Shown in pieces: positions 36,010 to 51,064 of a stretch of 64,000 nt of DNA (positions within the stretch are counted from its first letter, which is position 1; each line of letters begins with the position of its first letter). Source of the DNA: Haliotis rufescens. Taxonomy: Eukaryota. The DNA is taken from NCBI RefSeq assembly GCF_023055435.1, contig NW_025964001.1:40052001-40116000 (forward strand), read 5' to 3'. A program made the position numbers and the translations under genes. The notes under the pieces were generated by a model. That model had not been told where the DNA came from, made no database searches, and saw only the letters and a list, made by a program, of their open reading frames with translations.

Positions 36010-38672
36010 ATGTATCAGTCCTGTCACATCTATATCAATTCAGCCACATGTGCCTCAGTCTAGTTACATATATATTAATCCAGTCAAATCTATATCAATC
36101 CAGTCACATCTATATCAATCCAGTCATATATATACCAATCCAGTCACATGTGCATCAATCCAGTCACATGTGCATCAAACCAGTCACATATATATTAATC
36201 CAGTCACATCTATATCAATCCAGTCACATCTATATCAATCCTGTCACATTTATATCAATCCAGTCACATCTGTATCAATCCAGTCACATCTATATCAATC
36301 CAGTCACATCTATATCAATCCTGTCACATTTATATCAACCCAGTCACATCTGTATCAATCCAGTCACATCTATATCAATCCAGTCACATCTATATCAATC
36401 CTGTCACATCTATATCAATCCTGTCACATCTGTATCAATCCAGTCACATCTATATCAATCCAGTCACATCTATATCAATCCTGTCACATTTATATCAATC
36501 CAGTCACATCTGTATCAATCCAGTCACATCTGTATCAATCCAGTCACATCTATATCAATCCAGTCACATCTATATCAATCCAGTCACATCTATATCAATC
36601 CTGTCACATCTATATCAATCCTGTCACATGTGCATCAATCACATCACATCTATATCAATCAAGGCACATTTATATCAATCCAGTCACATCTATATCAATC
36701 CTGTCTCATCTGTATCAATCCAGTCACATCTATATCAATCCAGTCACATCTATATCAATCCAGTCACATCTATATCAATCCTGTCACATCTGTATCAATC
36801 CAGTCACATCTATATCAATCCTGTCACATCTATATCAATCCAGTCACATCTATATCAATCCAGTCAAATCTATATCAATCCTGTCACATCTGTATCAATC
36901 CAGTCACATCTATATCAATCCAGTCACATCTTTATCAATCCAGTCACATCTATATCAATCCTGTCACATCTGTATCAATCCAGTCACATCTATATCAATC
37001 CTGTCACATCTGTATCAATCCAGTCACATCTATATCAATCCTGTCACATCTATATCAATCCAGTCACATCTATATCAATCCTGTCACATCTATATCAATC
37101 CTGTCACATGTGCATCAATCACATCACATCTATATCAATCAAGGCACATTTATATCAATCCAGTCACATCTATATCAATCCTGTCTCATCTGTATCAATC
37201 CAGTCACATCTATATCAATCCAGTCACATCTATATCAATCCAGTCACATCTATATCAATCCTGTCACATCTGTATCAATCCAGTCACATCTATATCAATC
37301 CTGTCACATCTGTATCAATCCAGTCACATCTATATCAATCCTGTCACATCTGTATCAATCCAGTCACATCTATATCAATCCTGTCACATCTATATCAATC
37401 CAGTCACATCTGTATCAATCCAGTCACATCTATATCAATCCTGTCACATCTATATCAATCCAGTCACATCTGTATCAATCCAGTCACATCTATATCAATC
37501 CCATCACATCTATATCAATCAAGTCACATCTATATCAATCCAGTCACATCTTTATCAATCTAGTCACATCTATATCAATCCTGTCACGTGTATATCAATC
37601 CAGTCACATCAATATCAATCCAGTCACATCTATATCAATCCAGTCACATCTATGTCAATCCTGTCACGTGTATATCAATCCAGTCACATCTATATCAATC
37701 CAGTCAAATCTATATCAATCCAGTCACATCTATGTCAATCCAGTCACATGAGCATTAATCCAGTTACATCTATATCAATCCAGTCACATCTGTATCAATG
37801 ATATCACATCTATATCAATCCAGTCAGTCACATGTGCATCAACCCAGTCACATCTATATCAATCCAGTCACATATATATCAATCCAGTCACATCTGTATC
37901 AATCACATCATTTCTATATCAATCCAGTCACATATATATAAATCAGCCACATATATATCAATCCAGTCACATCTATATCAATCCTGTCACATCTATATCA
38001 ATCCAGTCACATCTGTATCAATCCAGTCACATCTATATCAATCCCATCACATCTGTATCAATCCAGTCACATCTATATCAATCCCATCACATCTATATCA
38101 ATCAAGTCACATCTATATCAATCCAGTCACATCTATATCAATCCAGTCACATTTATATCAATCCTGTCACGTGTATATAAATCCAGTCACATCTATATCA
38201 ATCCAGTCACATCTATATCAATCCAGTCGGATCTATATCAATCCAGTCACATCTATATCAATCCAGTCACATCAATATCAATCCAGTCACATGTTTAACA
38301 CTCCAGTCACATCTATATCAATCTAGTCACATCTATATAAATCTAGTCACATCTATATATATCCTGTCACATCTATATCAATCCAGTCACATCTATATCA
38401 ATCCAGTCACATCTATGTCAATCCAGTCACATGAGCAGTAATCCAGTTACATCTATATCAATCCAGTCCCATCTGTATCAATGATATCACATCTATATCA
38501 ATCCAGTCAGTCACATGTGCATCAATCCAGTCACATCTATATCAATCCAGTCACATCTGTATCAATCACATCATTTCTATATCAATCCAGTCACATATAT
38601 ATAAATCAGCCACATATATATCAATCCAGTCACATCTATATCAATCCAGTCACATGTTTAACAATCTAGTCA
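36010..38672. repeat. 20-bp satellite cagtcacatctatatcaatc (~130 copies) with a 480-bp internal duplication
   Basis: Direct reading; the variant block at 36601-36720 recurs at 37081-37200. Confidence 0.97.
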
Positions 38673-41030
38673 GGCACTTGTCTCAGTCCTAGACACAAGA
38701 TACCCAACATGACTGTATTTGGCACACATGCAGGCGTATTACGGTAAATACTAATTTTAGGTATGATGTTAATCTGCTTCATCTCTTCATGCATAATGTA
38801 TCTGTGACACTCCAGGTGTGAGAAAGACATGTATCTGTGACACACTTCTCCAGGTGTGAGACTATCTGTGACGTACAGGTGTGACAGCGTGACGGTGAGT
38901 CACTCAGAGCGGCTGCAGCACGACAGTGGTTACAGCACTGCTCACCTGTCAGAGGCTCCAGTTGCACCAGATTAGGCCGGGTGTCAGCTACCTTATACCC
39001 GACCTTGTGGTTTCGCACACAACCTGGTATCTCTACACTACTTGTAAGCGTTTGCCAAGATATATCTCTTTAAACAAGTTCGAGATAAAAAAGTTCTCAG
39101 CCAATACACACAATAGTGTGTTTTTTACGTGAAAATGTGCTACCTGGAATTTAATATTCTGGTCTTGATGCCAGGGTACCTTTGTTGCATGTTTTCCCGG
39201 ATCTTTTGCCAAGATGACTCACCACGTTTCAACAATTTGATGAACCATTCGTCCTGATTATTGTACTTGTTAAGTAGTCAGCACTTGTATCAATGTTCAT
39301 ACTCCTTCTCCAGATGCTTGACTGCCTCTGGTAAAGTGATGTCCACCCGGAGAGCAGAAGGTCGAGGGTTCAGTCTCCGGACACATCATACCAAAAAATG
39401 TTAAAAATGGTATTTGTTGTTACCCTGCCTGCGCTCGCCTCGGCTCAGGCTGAAACAAAAACTGACCGGCCAGAGTCAGTATACTGTGTTTGAGTAGGGT
39501 ATTATTGTTAAACTGCGACTTGGTATCTCAGTGGGTTAGCACTATAAAACCGCATCCGTCCAGACGAGTACAAGAGCGTGCACACACCGATGCACCTATA
39601 AAACCTATATGTGTGCAATAATTTTGGACTCGACATTAAATAAGATTTTAACTCACCTCACCAGATGCCGAGAAGGCAGAATGGAAACACTATTACCCCT
39701 GCATGTTGAAAAGCAAGCCTGTTTGGCTGAAATAGGTTATTAGTAAATGCTGTTTTAACCTGTTAAACCTGGCCAAGTCATCTGATGGCCATCATTGTAT
39801 ATCTCACACAGTAAGGAGCATTCTTGTGGAACATTGGTTTGGTCCCACTGTTTTCCTTTACAGACGTTTTAGGAAAACAAAGACATTGTAGTCTGGATTT
39901 TGTCCAATGAAAATATAAACATAATTTTGAATATGAACACATATATATTTGGCATATTTGTGAGGGTTGGATTTTTCAAATGCAGAACTTCTTACTATTT
40001 TCACAGCTGACCTATTTCTGGCTTAGTTCACAAGACCAAAGATACACAGTAATCCAAATACATATAATACATATACATATCCAAATATGTGAATATAACA
40101 CAATGCCTAGCAGAAAGGTAATTTGCTTGAAATGGTAAATAATCATGTCTGGAGATGTGTTATCACAATATCATATTTTTATTGACCAAATTTGTTCACC
40201 TGAAGCAGTACGATATATTTTCTACTGCACGTAATCGAAAAAATATGTTTTTCCAAAATCCTGCATTCCTGAAGGGGGAGTGCGCATAATGCTTGGGTGT
40301 TCACTACAGTCAAGACAATATGCTATGTACTTCTGTTAGAGAACAGTTTGGTCTTATATGAAGTGTTGCAGTGACCAGATACTATCCATGAGAATATAGC
40401 AGATGAGAATTATTTAGATTACCGGTATTTCTGAATGGGCTGAAATTCAATTTTGTTAGAGAGTAATATTTTTGTTGTCATTATTTTCTTTCAGACTTGA
40501 AGTTCATTTTCAAGAAAGCGAACAAATTGTCATTATCATTTTTTCACAACTGGGATTTTGACAAAATACCTGCACTATTTCTTATAAACCTATAATTTTG
40601 TAAATTTGTTAGAAATTATACTCATTGAACTGAACTGGTATTTTTCCCTGTCATGATGAGAATTGTTTTTGAGAAACTATGTGATGTCTAACTGATACGA
40701 GGCGTTATGTCGACAAATAAAACTATAAAACTATCTATAAAACAGTGGTTTTTACCATGTTCTGTAGCACAAATTCCTCAAGCCAGACAATCACAAAGCT
40801 ACCAGAATGACCTGACATTGCACAAATCTTGACAATTGTATTTATACACTTAAATACCAACAGGCTTAACGGTTTATTGCATGACATTTAACATTTTATT
40901 GTGTGAGCGGTATATCTTTTCTGCAAACTCATTTATTTTGTGCAGATAATAACGCCGTGCAATGAAACACGATATTGGATATGTCGGCTGTATTACAATA
41001 TTAACTCACCCAGTGACTCATGGTTAAAAG

Positions 41031-41553
41031 CCCCGAGGGGATCTGGGTGAGAACTGCTTCCCAGTAACCTATGCTGGTCTTAAGGTGACTTAAAGGAGCA
41101 GGTGGTCAGGCTCGGTGACTTGGTTGATAGTGTGTACTTGTACTCCGATGGCATGAATCATTGCTAACAATATATACCCTGGATTGTCTGATCTAGACTT
41201 GATTTAGTCAGATTGATTTAGAGGAGGTGTCATATCACTGGAATATTGCTACGGTCATCATTAAACAACGAACAGACATGGGTAGGAGTCATCTGACACA
41301 AAACTTGGGAAAATTAGGTCTTCAGCAACCAATGCCTGCTGTAAAAAGCGACTATGCTTGTCGTAGAGGCGAATAATTGGATCGGGTGGTCAGGCTCGCT
41401 GAATTGATCGATGCTTGTCATCGTATCCCATTTGCGTAGATCGATGTTTATGATGTTTAATCACTGGATTGTCTGGTCCAGACTCGATTATTTACAGATT
41501 GACGTCATATAGCTGGAATATTGCTGAGTGCGGCGCTAAGCAACAAACAAACA
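41031..41553 (+). mobile_element. Two adjacent family B copies (old 41031-41275, younger 41315-41553)
   Basis: Both align by eye with the family B sequence. Confidence 0.75.
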
Positions 41554-44101
41554 TCTGTCACAAGGGGTTTGTCCTCAATACTTGATGACAATTAACCTGA
41601 TATTACATAAAAATACAATATGGGTAGTTGTCCAACCTTTGTTACATTTTGTGAAACAGCATGAGGTGCCAAGTGGTCAGTGGTGGTGAGATCATTGTGC
41701 AGAGTTGCATCCCTTAAGTGTGCCAGGATTTGCTGATCATAGATTTGCCTTGATACTGAGCCTTGGTCTGTCAGCATCAGGAACAAGCTAATGAATTTCA
41801 CCAAGTGATGACCTTTGTTGTTACTCCTACATCAAGCTGACACTCCAATATCACTCAAATACTCATTCAATATGAATTTTGTCAGTATTATTTTTTTAAA
41901 TTGTTTCAAAATTGATGCCTTTCTATGAATCACAACACTTTGCTTGATTGATTAAATAGAGGATTCATCACGAGTGTTTTTTAATATGGGAAATATCAAC
42001 CGAGTCTTAGTTAATCGGTATTTGCCGAGCCTTTGGATGAATTCTATTTATCGTTTTCACATTTTTGCTTCCCAATTAAGGAATAATTGCATTAAACATT
42101 AACATCAGCAACTTGTCGAAATCTTACGTATAGATCGTGCGTAGTGATACATGTTTTCCATAGCCGTGTAAACCAAAATAAACAACCTCTTAACTCCTTT
42201 ATGACATATTCCTTCGCTGAGAAAAAAAGTTCCTCGGATTATTTTAAACAAAATACTTAAACAGACTTTTGCAGAATAATTAAAATAATGTCTCCAACAT
42301 CAAAGGTATCCATGTTGTTTGTAAACACCTACTCACGTGCACCGGCGAAAAAAGTCCCACTTCTGGTTATCTAATTTGCATATCTAATTTGCATACTTAT
42401 GTCATTGGGGTATGACATACATGATTTATGTCATAAGCTTATGTCATGGATAAATGCTTTAGTTAAATGATAAAATACTTTATGCTATGAGAGAAATATT
42501 TTTGACAAAATAAGATCACTCTCAAGCAATGACCCTTGAAACCATTTACATGGTATCGGAAACCAAATGTTGTAGGCTCTTAAAGTTCATGCAGGTGTTA
42601 TCTACAAATCAACAATATGTTTTTCAATTATGTAAGTCAATATGTATAATGTACACCTGGGCTCCATTCCACAAAATCTGTCATAAGTGTGTATTAAAGT
42701 GTGGGATTTTGAATGTCTTAGCACGACAATCGCTTTGTGGAACAGGGTAGTAGTTGTGAATTATAGAGCAACACAATGCACTGACATATAGGAGCTGTAA
42801 GAGTTGTCCCCCTTAGACTGTACTATCCAAGAAAAACCATCCTTAGAAAAACAAAAAAAACTGCAAAAGCAATAAATATGAATATAAATAGGCTAAAAAC
42901 AGTGAAGACAGTAAGGGCTATTGTGAGAGGGATTAAAGCAAGCAGTCTCAAAGAAACGGCAACTTTAACAGTTAACACCTCAGAAGTGATATTTGAAAAA
43001 TGTCATTATATTTTCTGTCATTACTGGCATTAGGTATTTTCAAATAACCACCTTGAGTGAAGTATTCACTTGTTTAAGGCAGATCTACTCTAGGTAGGAG
43101 GACAGAGGAATTCAAGAGGAAGCAACCAGACTGTATTTATGACTATTTCGCCTCCTTCAAGAAGCTGTTAAACTATTACATTATTCCTCTATTCGCAGCT
43201 GTGTCTCACGTGTATGAGACACCGGCCAGCTGTTGTCCAAGGTGACTCGTTGTGTTCATAACACATTGTCAGATTTCAAACATAGCAACCAATGAAATGC
43301 TTTCTTGCAAATAACGTTAGTTTGAATTTCTATTGTCACCTGACATTGAAATTCTCCTATTCACATGAATAGGAACTAGAGAAACTATTCATAAATGAAT
43401 CTAAATCATTTTTAGATTGTAGCTCCACATTCGTTGTCACAGTATATATTGTCATAGAAATAATGTGCATATTCATAATGCACCAAATCAACACTCTAAA
43501 GCATGCTGATAATGTTACATTATTACTCTGGTCAGTGGATCAGTGTGCACTCGATCGTCATTCTCAGCTCCCTGGGGAGTATGCATATTGTTTTATTGTA
43601 CAGTGAAACTTTGTTAATCTGAGAGGTACTGTTCTCAATGAAGTCGTCCATATTAACACATTTAGGATATATACCAATCTTGGGTATAGTGTAATATCCC
43701 TTGTGTTTTTTTCAGACTTTCCTCACAGAAAACATACAGGAAGAGGGGTCCAGTGGAACTGAGTTTGACAGTTTACTGAATATTTCCATGATCGCTTTAA
43801 TTCTGTCTTGTACAGATATACACTTCAGCATTTAGGGAATGTTCACTGTAGGTAGATCATTTAAGGCTTGAAAATCGTGTTATATACAGTAGAAACATCT
43901 GGCACATTAACTGTACATCTGTATTTCTTTCCCCCACTCATCTGCCATTTGGTTTGTCACTTGGCCTTTAGCACCTATAGGCTGCTTGGGTTGTATACTC
44001 CCAAGGGAGTTGAGAATGATAACTGGAATGCAACTGGATCGCAACCGGATCCACTGGTCAGGGAACAAATAGAACAACATTTGAGCAGATACTAGTACCT
44101 A

Positions 44102-44245
44102 NNNNNNNNNNNNNNNNNNNNNNNNNNNNNNNNNNNNNNNNNNNNNNNNNNNNNNNNNNNNNNNNNNNNNNNNNNNNNNNNNNNNNNNNNNNNNNNNNNN
44201 NNNNNNNNNNNNNNNNNNNNNNNNNNNNNNNNNNNNNNNNNNNNN
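44102..44245. other. Assembly gap (N run)
   Basis: Run of n. Confidence 0.99.
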
Positions 44246-46280
44246 CTCTTTCGTAAGACAAGGTTATAAATGGATTTGGCTCCATTTATTATATAATGCT
44301 TTTTTTCACGCACAGGAATTTCCTTTAGAACCTGATAATAAGAGCTGATCTGGTTGGGTACAGTTTTAGTAGAATATACGAAGTGGTTCACATCATAGTA
44401 GCAATAAACATAAGCAGCAATAGGCCCCACCATGCCTGTATGGCAGTAGATAATAAACATATTTACCACTCAACTTGGATCCAATATTAATAAATTCATG
44501 TAACATTTGTGTGTCACTATGATTGAAAAATTGTTAAGAGCAAATATTAACTGTCGAGCAAAAGAAAGGAAACACTTGAAAATTGGATTAGACCCAAAAT
44601 AACAAACATTATCAAAACATTACAAGGCTGAAAACTCGCTGAAAATTGGATTAGACCCAAAATAACAAACATTATCAAAACGTTACAAGGCTGAAAACTG
44701 TCGCTGAAACATTGCAAACTTAAGGTCTTAAACACAACTATGCATGATACCGGTATCAAATACATGACCATCGAATAACCAATTCTTGTTTGTTTCCTTT
44801 TAAGGCACCATCAAACATGAGTGTGTTCTGTCTTTGCCCGGTAGTTTATGTAACATACAATATACTGGGATGCAAAATGACAAGAAGCTATAAAGTCAAT
44901 ACACATCTTATAATGCCACAGTGACTGCCACCGTCAAACACTGTAGAGCTGTAAAACCATTTGTAGATGTGTATGACTGGGCTATGACTCAGAAACTTGA
45001 TAATAAATGCTGAACTATTACAATACTGTGGTCACGTAATGTACGAATGTAGTAGATTTTATAGTCGCTAGATACGCAGAATGGCACATTGACAAGCAGC
45101 AATAGTAGTGGTTATTGCATATAAGTGTCACTTATTGGCAGTAAATTACAGTGACTTACATCGGAGTCCTTCATGCAGGGAGGCAATATTCGAATGTGAG
45201 TCATGCTGGCCAATTTAACTTCTTAGTTACAGCCTATATACTACACAAAACAAGGGTGGGACCGACCATTTAATATTCTTGAGGTGGGGTGGGAAGGGGT
45301 TGGATTTTATCCCCCCCAAATTGTCTCAGAAAATGCTTTAATAAAAATTTTATGCTTCTGACTGTTAAAAAAAGACTCAGTCACCAAAAATACATTGTTG
45401 AAAGATGTTTTTTTAAAAATATTTTGGCTCATACATGTAGTTTAATTAAAAGATCTAAAGAATCCGGTTTTGCAGCTGAAGCTGACAAAATATCTAGTCG
45501 CATACAAAATCGTAGCTCCCTCCTAGAATATCAAATGGTTCATCACTTAAAGAACATGAACAAATGGAAGGCCGCTTGTTGCTGAACCCACCAGCCATGA
45601 CAAAATAACTATGGTAATGTGAAAAAAATCGGGTGTTCTTTAACTTCATTTGAGTAGTATATATGTGTTTTTTGTTTCATCAAATGTTGGCTAACAATAG
45701 GCAGTTAAAGAAATATAAAATGAGTTCTGTTTGAACTTTGTTTGGGGGATTCAAGTTTGTTTTTATACTTTGTCCTTATTTGGAGTTTGGATATGTGGAT
45801 ACGATCTGACAACATGTTCAAAGCTTGTGATAGATATGAGAGTATTTCAGTGCTGATTTTTAGAGGATATAGCTGTCTATTTGCTGGGTAGGGCTACAAC
45901 ATGGAGATTGGTTGTAGAAACAAGATCCATATGTAACTGTCTGCACATACTTTCTAAAATCATAAGAGCAATATATCGGGCAGGGACGAGTCCAAATTTA
46001 CTACCCAGGTACCCGACCCCCTATTACCTGACCCTACCCAGGTACCAGCTGTAGGTCTCAAGAGTTGGGAAGAAAATGTTTTATTGGGAATTGTTTTAAC
46101 GCAGCCCTGGCAAAAAACTATTGAGATACATGTATCAAACAATCAGATCATGGGTACACTGAAGTTCACTGAAGCTATATCTTTACTTAGACAAATACAA
46201 GTCAAAGGAATGTGTGCATCGTCAGAAAGAAATGTGAACATTAGCAACTTGTAGTGTCACCACTGGGCTATAGTGAGTTT

Positions 46281-47550
46281 ACTGTGGGTACCTGGGTCCT
46301 ACTCAGGATCCACCCGACCCGAGTTCCCCAGCCCTACTATATAGCATTAATGACATCTGTATTCAATGTTAAATTATATAATATATCACATAACGTAACT
46401 GTGGGTACCCGGGTCCTACTCAGGATCTACCCGACCCGAGTTCCCCAGCCCTACTATATAGCATTAGTGACATCTGTATTCAATGTTAAATTATATAATA
46501 TATCACATAACGTAACTGTGGGTACCCGGGTCCTACTCAGGATCTACCCGACCCGAGTTCCCCAGCCCTACTATATAGCATTAATGACATCTGTATTCAA
46601 TGTTAAATTATATAATATATCACATAACGTAACTGTGGGTACCCGGGTCCTACTCAGGATCTACCCGACCCGAGTTCCCCAGCCCTACTATATAGCATTA
46701 GTGACATCTGTATTCAATGTTAAATTATATAATATATCACATAACGTAACTGTGGGTACCCGGGTCCTACTCAGGATCTACCCGACCCGAGTTCCCCAGC
46801 CCTACTATATAGCATTAGTGACATCTGTATTCAATGTTAAATTATATAATATATCACATAACGTAACTGTGGGTACCCGGGTCCTACTCAGGATCTACCC
46901 GACCCGAGTTCCCCAGCCCTACTATATAGCATTAGTGACATCTGTATTCAATGTTAAATTATATAATATATCACATAACGTAACTGTGGGTACCCGGGTC
47001 CTACTCAGGATCTACCCGACCCGAGTTCCCCAGCCCTACTATATAGCATTAATGACATCTGTATTCAATGTTAAATTATATAATATATCACATAACGTAA
47101 CTGTGGGTACCCGGGTCCTACTCAGGATCTACCCGACCCGAGTTCCCCAGCCCTACTATATAGCATTAGTGACATCTGTATTCAATGTTAAATTATATAA
47201 TATATCACATAACGTAACTGTGGGTACCTGGGTCCTACTCAGGATCCACCCGACCCGAGTTCCCCAGCCCTACTATATAGCATTAGTGACATCTGTATTC
47301 AATGTTAAATTATATAATATATCACATAACGTAACTGTGGGTACCTGGGTCCTACTCAGGATCCACCCGACCCGAGTTCCCCAGCCCTACTATATAGCAT
47401 TAGTGACATCTGTATTCAATGTTAAATCATATAATATATCACATAACGTAACTGTGGGTACCCGGGTCCTACTCAGGATCCACCCGACCCGAGTTCCCTA
47501 GCCCTACTATATAGCATTAGTGACATCTGTATTCAATGTTAAATTATATA
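46281..47550. repeat. 117-bp tandem array (~11 near-identical copies)
   Basis: actgtgggtacc at 46281, 46398...; gives the 39-aa periodic ORF. Confidence 0.97.
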
Positions 47551-48526
47551 AGGACATGACCTCGTAAGGCCGGGCTCCGCTATCCTGCATGATAGCGGAA
47601 CTTGAAATTAAGACGAGATGATATTTGGATGAAATGGTCGCGGATGTGGAGGTACTGGTGGACTCCTGAAAATTAGCTTAACTCCTGTTAAGCAAACCCA
47701 ATGTAATAACCGCTGCCCTAAAACAACCGTTGCCAAGCAACCCAGGTTGCTTACCAATGCAGCAACCACTGCTCTGCATCTACCGTTGCCAAGCAACCCA
47801 TGTTTCTATGCATCTAGCACTGCCAGGCAAGCCAAATACTGAGCGAGGGCAACATGGGGCTGACACCTTCCACTTTCTACAAGAGATTCCAATCCAAAGT
47901 GATTGGGTACCCAGTAGGATGAGATGGTAGTGTGACTGTTAACCTGCTATTGCCTCACAGGCAGCTTGGGTTGTATACTCCCCAGGGAGTGAAAATCTAG
48001 TGCACACGGATCCATTGACCGGGGTAAAAATAACGTAGCACCATGAGCATTTACTTGAGTGGAATTTGGTGCATTATGAATGGAATTATTATTATCATTA
48101 AAGTACAAAATGGCTGCTATTGTGATGAATAAATATATTCACCTTAACATTTTTTTCACATTCTTGAATAGATATTTTCTTGACTTCTCTTTCTCAATAG
48201 ATGTTGTTGTAAGAAACATTTTTTTCACTGAGATGTTATCAGTGACAGTGTATATCTATTATTGCCCACATGAAGCGAGTTTATTTTGAATTTTGAATTT
48301 TGCTGAAATAAAATTAAATTGTTTCAGAATAGTTGATTCATATACAGTTTCAGAGGCTTAAGTTTCAAAGTGTCTAGGTAAACAAATTAAGGCAGTGTCA
48401 GTAGTTCCTTTCTTCATATGTCAACTCCAAACAGTTAGCGTCCAGGAAGTGAGGTTTCCAGACGGAACAAGTTCCAGAATAACATTGTACACATCTGGTG
48501 GTAGAGGAGAAGCAGTATATAAAATC

Positions 48527-48640
48527 AGGTCCCCATTTCACAAAGCTATCTTAGCGCTAAGGTGATCGTAATTGCCATACCCTAACATCAACCTATGGCT
48601 GTCGTAGCGCTAAGATCGCTTTGTGCAACAGGGCCCAGGG
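48527..48640. mobile_element. ~110-bp palindromic MITE
   Basis: cacaaagctatcttagcgcta ... tagcgctaagatcgctttgtg; related remnants near 1490-1545 and 42657-42750. Confidence 0.65.
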
Positions 48641-48770
48641 CTCTTTGTGGGAGGTGTGGCGCAGTAGTCTAATGGTTAAAGTCAGACTGAGCGAGCACCT
48701 GGGTTTTATTTCCCAAATGGGGACAATTGTGGAGTCTTTCTTTGTGCATCTCCCAAAGCAAGTTTCTACC

Positions 48771-49410
48771 CTTTGCCGAATTATGGAGTTATATTTTGGC
48801 TGGACTAACGTGTCTATAGATGCAGATTTTGGTTGACTGCAGGATTTGCAAAGCATGTGTAACGCCAACTCAGCGTCAACAGATATTTTCCAAATCTTTT
48901 AATTTTTTTAATCAAGGCGCTCACATGATTTGATGCTCTTTGCAAAGTGAGACCCCTTTTATCACAATATAGATTTGAATTATTGATCAACTAGGTTGGG
49001 ATTTCTGGGCTCGATCAGAACGCCATCAATGGATTCTACCTCTCATATCACTTGCATCTGCTTCAAACAAAATGGGGGGCACGGGTGGCCCAGTCGTCTA
49101 AGGCGCTGCGATTCGCTGTGCAGAGTTGCTTCCCTTGGGCACGCCAGAAACCTATGATAGTGAGTTCGAATCCCGGTTCGCCCTGATTATGTCTAGCACT
49201 CACTCACACACTCACTCACTCACTCACTCACCCTACAACCCACTCACTCTACCATCCACTCACTCCCCTACAACCCAATCACTCACTCACTCACCCAACA
49301 GCTCACTCCCTCACCCAGCCACTCACCCACCTACCCACCCTACCACTCACTCACTCACTCTACCACCCACCCACTCACTCACTCACTCACTCACTCACTC
49401 ACTCACTCAC
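48771..49410. mobile_element. MITE fragment (CATCTTCC family) + SINE A head + expanded (TCAC)n microsatellite
   Basis: 48771-49074 matches the MITE body; 49075-49197 SINE A head; 49197-49410 degenerate TCAC repeats. Confidence 0.7.
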
Positions 49411-50246
49411 AGGTACAACTGCAACAAGTAAACAATACAACAGTGGACACCATTTCACCTATTCACCATAAAACACAATTAGAAAACAAGGTAACTATGG
49501 AGATAAATTCAAACAAATGCAACTAGATACAAAGTACAAACCAACTAGAAATCAGTTATATTGTTTTATCCTTGGACATATCTGTATAACGTGCCTGTAA
49601 ATCACATATTGGTTCTGATCACATAAAAAGCTGGAGCCCAAAGTCATTAGGCTCCGGTAACACAGGACAGCAGTGTGACACCTTAAGTACAGCCTATAGC
49701 TGACGCAGACCTCAGCACGTCAGTGAGTACTGCAGTATATAAAGTTAAGTTTCGCCATTCTGTGAAACATTCCTACAGGTGTTTCTGACAATGTAGAAAA
49801 TCCATAAGGCAAACTTGCTGAAGCAGGGCGCTATGTCAATATCATCTGGAGCTTGTCAAGTAACAGTTTCCATTTTAGGCCTTCACTGAGGTCAATGGTT
49901 CTGCTAATATTGTATTTGAATGCTTTCAGAGGACTGTGATGAGTCAAAGCTGAGAACACTCTATATCTTTGTGGGGAATCTGTAGTCTAAAGACTTCCCT
50001 GAGGCTAGATTGTGATAAAGGTTATGAGGGGACTCAAATCTATTCATTCACAAAAACCACTGCTTGACTCACACCTTGGAATACATGTTAACCCTTGATT
50101 TGTCATGTTGAATGATGATATTTTAACCTTTACACTGTCATCATGCATTGGTTTGTACATCTAGTAATGCATGTACACCAGCCATACATGCAGTGTTGTA
50201 GTATTGTCTCTACAGTGGAGATATCTCATATTAACCCTCCTTCACC

Positions 50247-50728
50247 CATCTTCCGAACTGCAATTATGGAGTTATATTTTGGGTGGACTTACGAGTCCTA
50301 GCATAGTCTAATCAAAATCGCGTAACGAAAGCGAAAGCGTGGGTAAACAACATGGATTTCAATGTGCAGATTTCAGTTGACTGCAGGATTTGCAATTGAT
50401 GTGTACTGTCAACTGGGGGATGACATATAGTTTCAAAACTTTTCATATTTTTAATCAAGGTGCTCATGTGAAATGATGCACTTCACATGGAAAGACTTGT
50501 TTTATTTCAATATATAGATTGTCTTGGCTTGGTGCCGCCATTTTGTTTGAAGCAAATGCAAGTGATATGGGAGGTCAAATTTTATTGGTCTTTAAGAAGG
50601 CATAGAAGGGACATAACTCATAATAGCCACTGGTGATGCTGCAGTCAAGCCCAGAAATTCAAGACTAGTTCGGCAAAGGTGGAAACTGGACTTTTACAGT
50701 CAGTTAACTCCCTTGCCTCGGGAAGATT
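50247..50728 (-). mobile_element. Long-TIR MITE (CATCTTCC family), 9-bp TSD
   Basis: TSD tccttcacc 50238-50246 / 50729-50737; one arm internally deleted. Confidence 0.82.
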
Positions 50729-50775
50729 TCCTTCACCATGCAGGTATCTCATATTAATCCTCTTTCACAATGCAG

Positions 50776-51064
50776 GGGCACGGGTGGCCCAGTCGTCTAA
50801 GGCGCCGCAATTCGCTGTGCAGAGTTGCATCCCTTGGGCACGCCAGAAACCTATGATTGTGGGTTCGAATCACGGTCCGCCCCATTTATATTTCTAGGTT
50901 TATCAGCACCATACCCGTGCTCGTGGGTTTCACCGAAGTAGTAAATGTCTTAGACCTGCATCACTTCGGGCTTTCCTCCCACATTAAGCTGGCACGCTGT
51001 GATATAACTGGAATAATGTTAAAAGCGGCGTTAAACCCGACTCACTCACTCACTCACTCACTCC
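50776..51064 (+). mobile_element. SINE family A, full length
   Basis: TSD ttcacaatgcag 50764-50775 / 51065-51076. Confidence 0.9.

Noticed and set aside
35990-37801. 603/567/311-aa ORFs
   Set aside because: All + frames are open only because the 20-bp satellite lacks stop codons on that strand; no domain or gene structure
46254-47501. 415-aa ORF with 39-aa repeats, and a CRISPR-like appearance
   Set aside because: Pure 117-bp tandem repeat with no unique spacers, no cas genes, eukaryotic context
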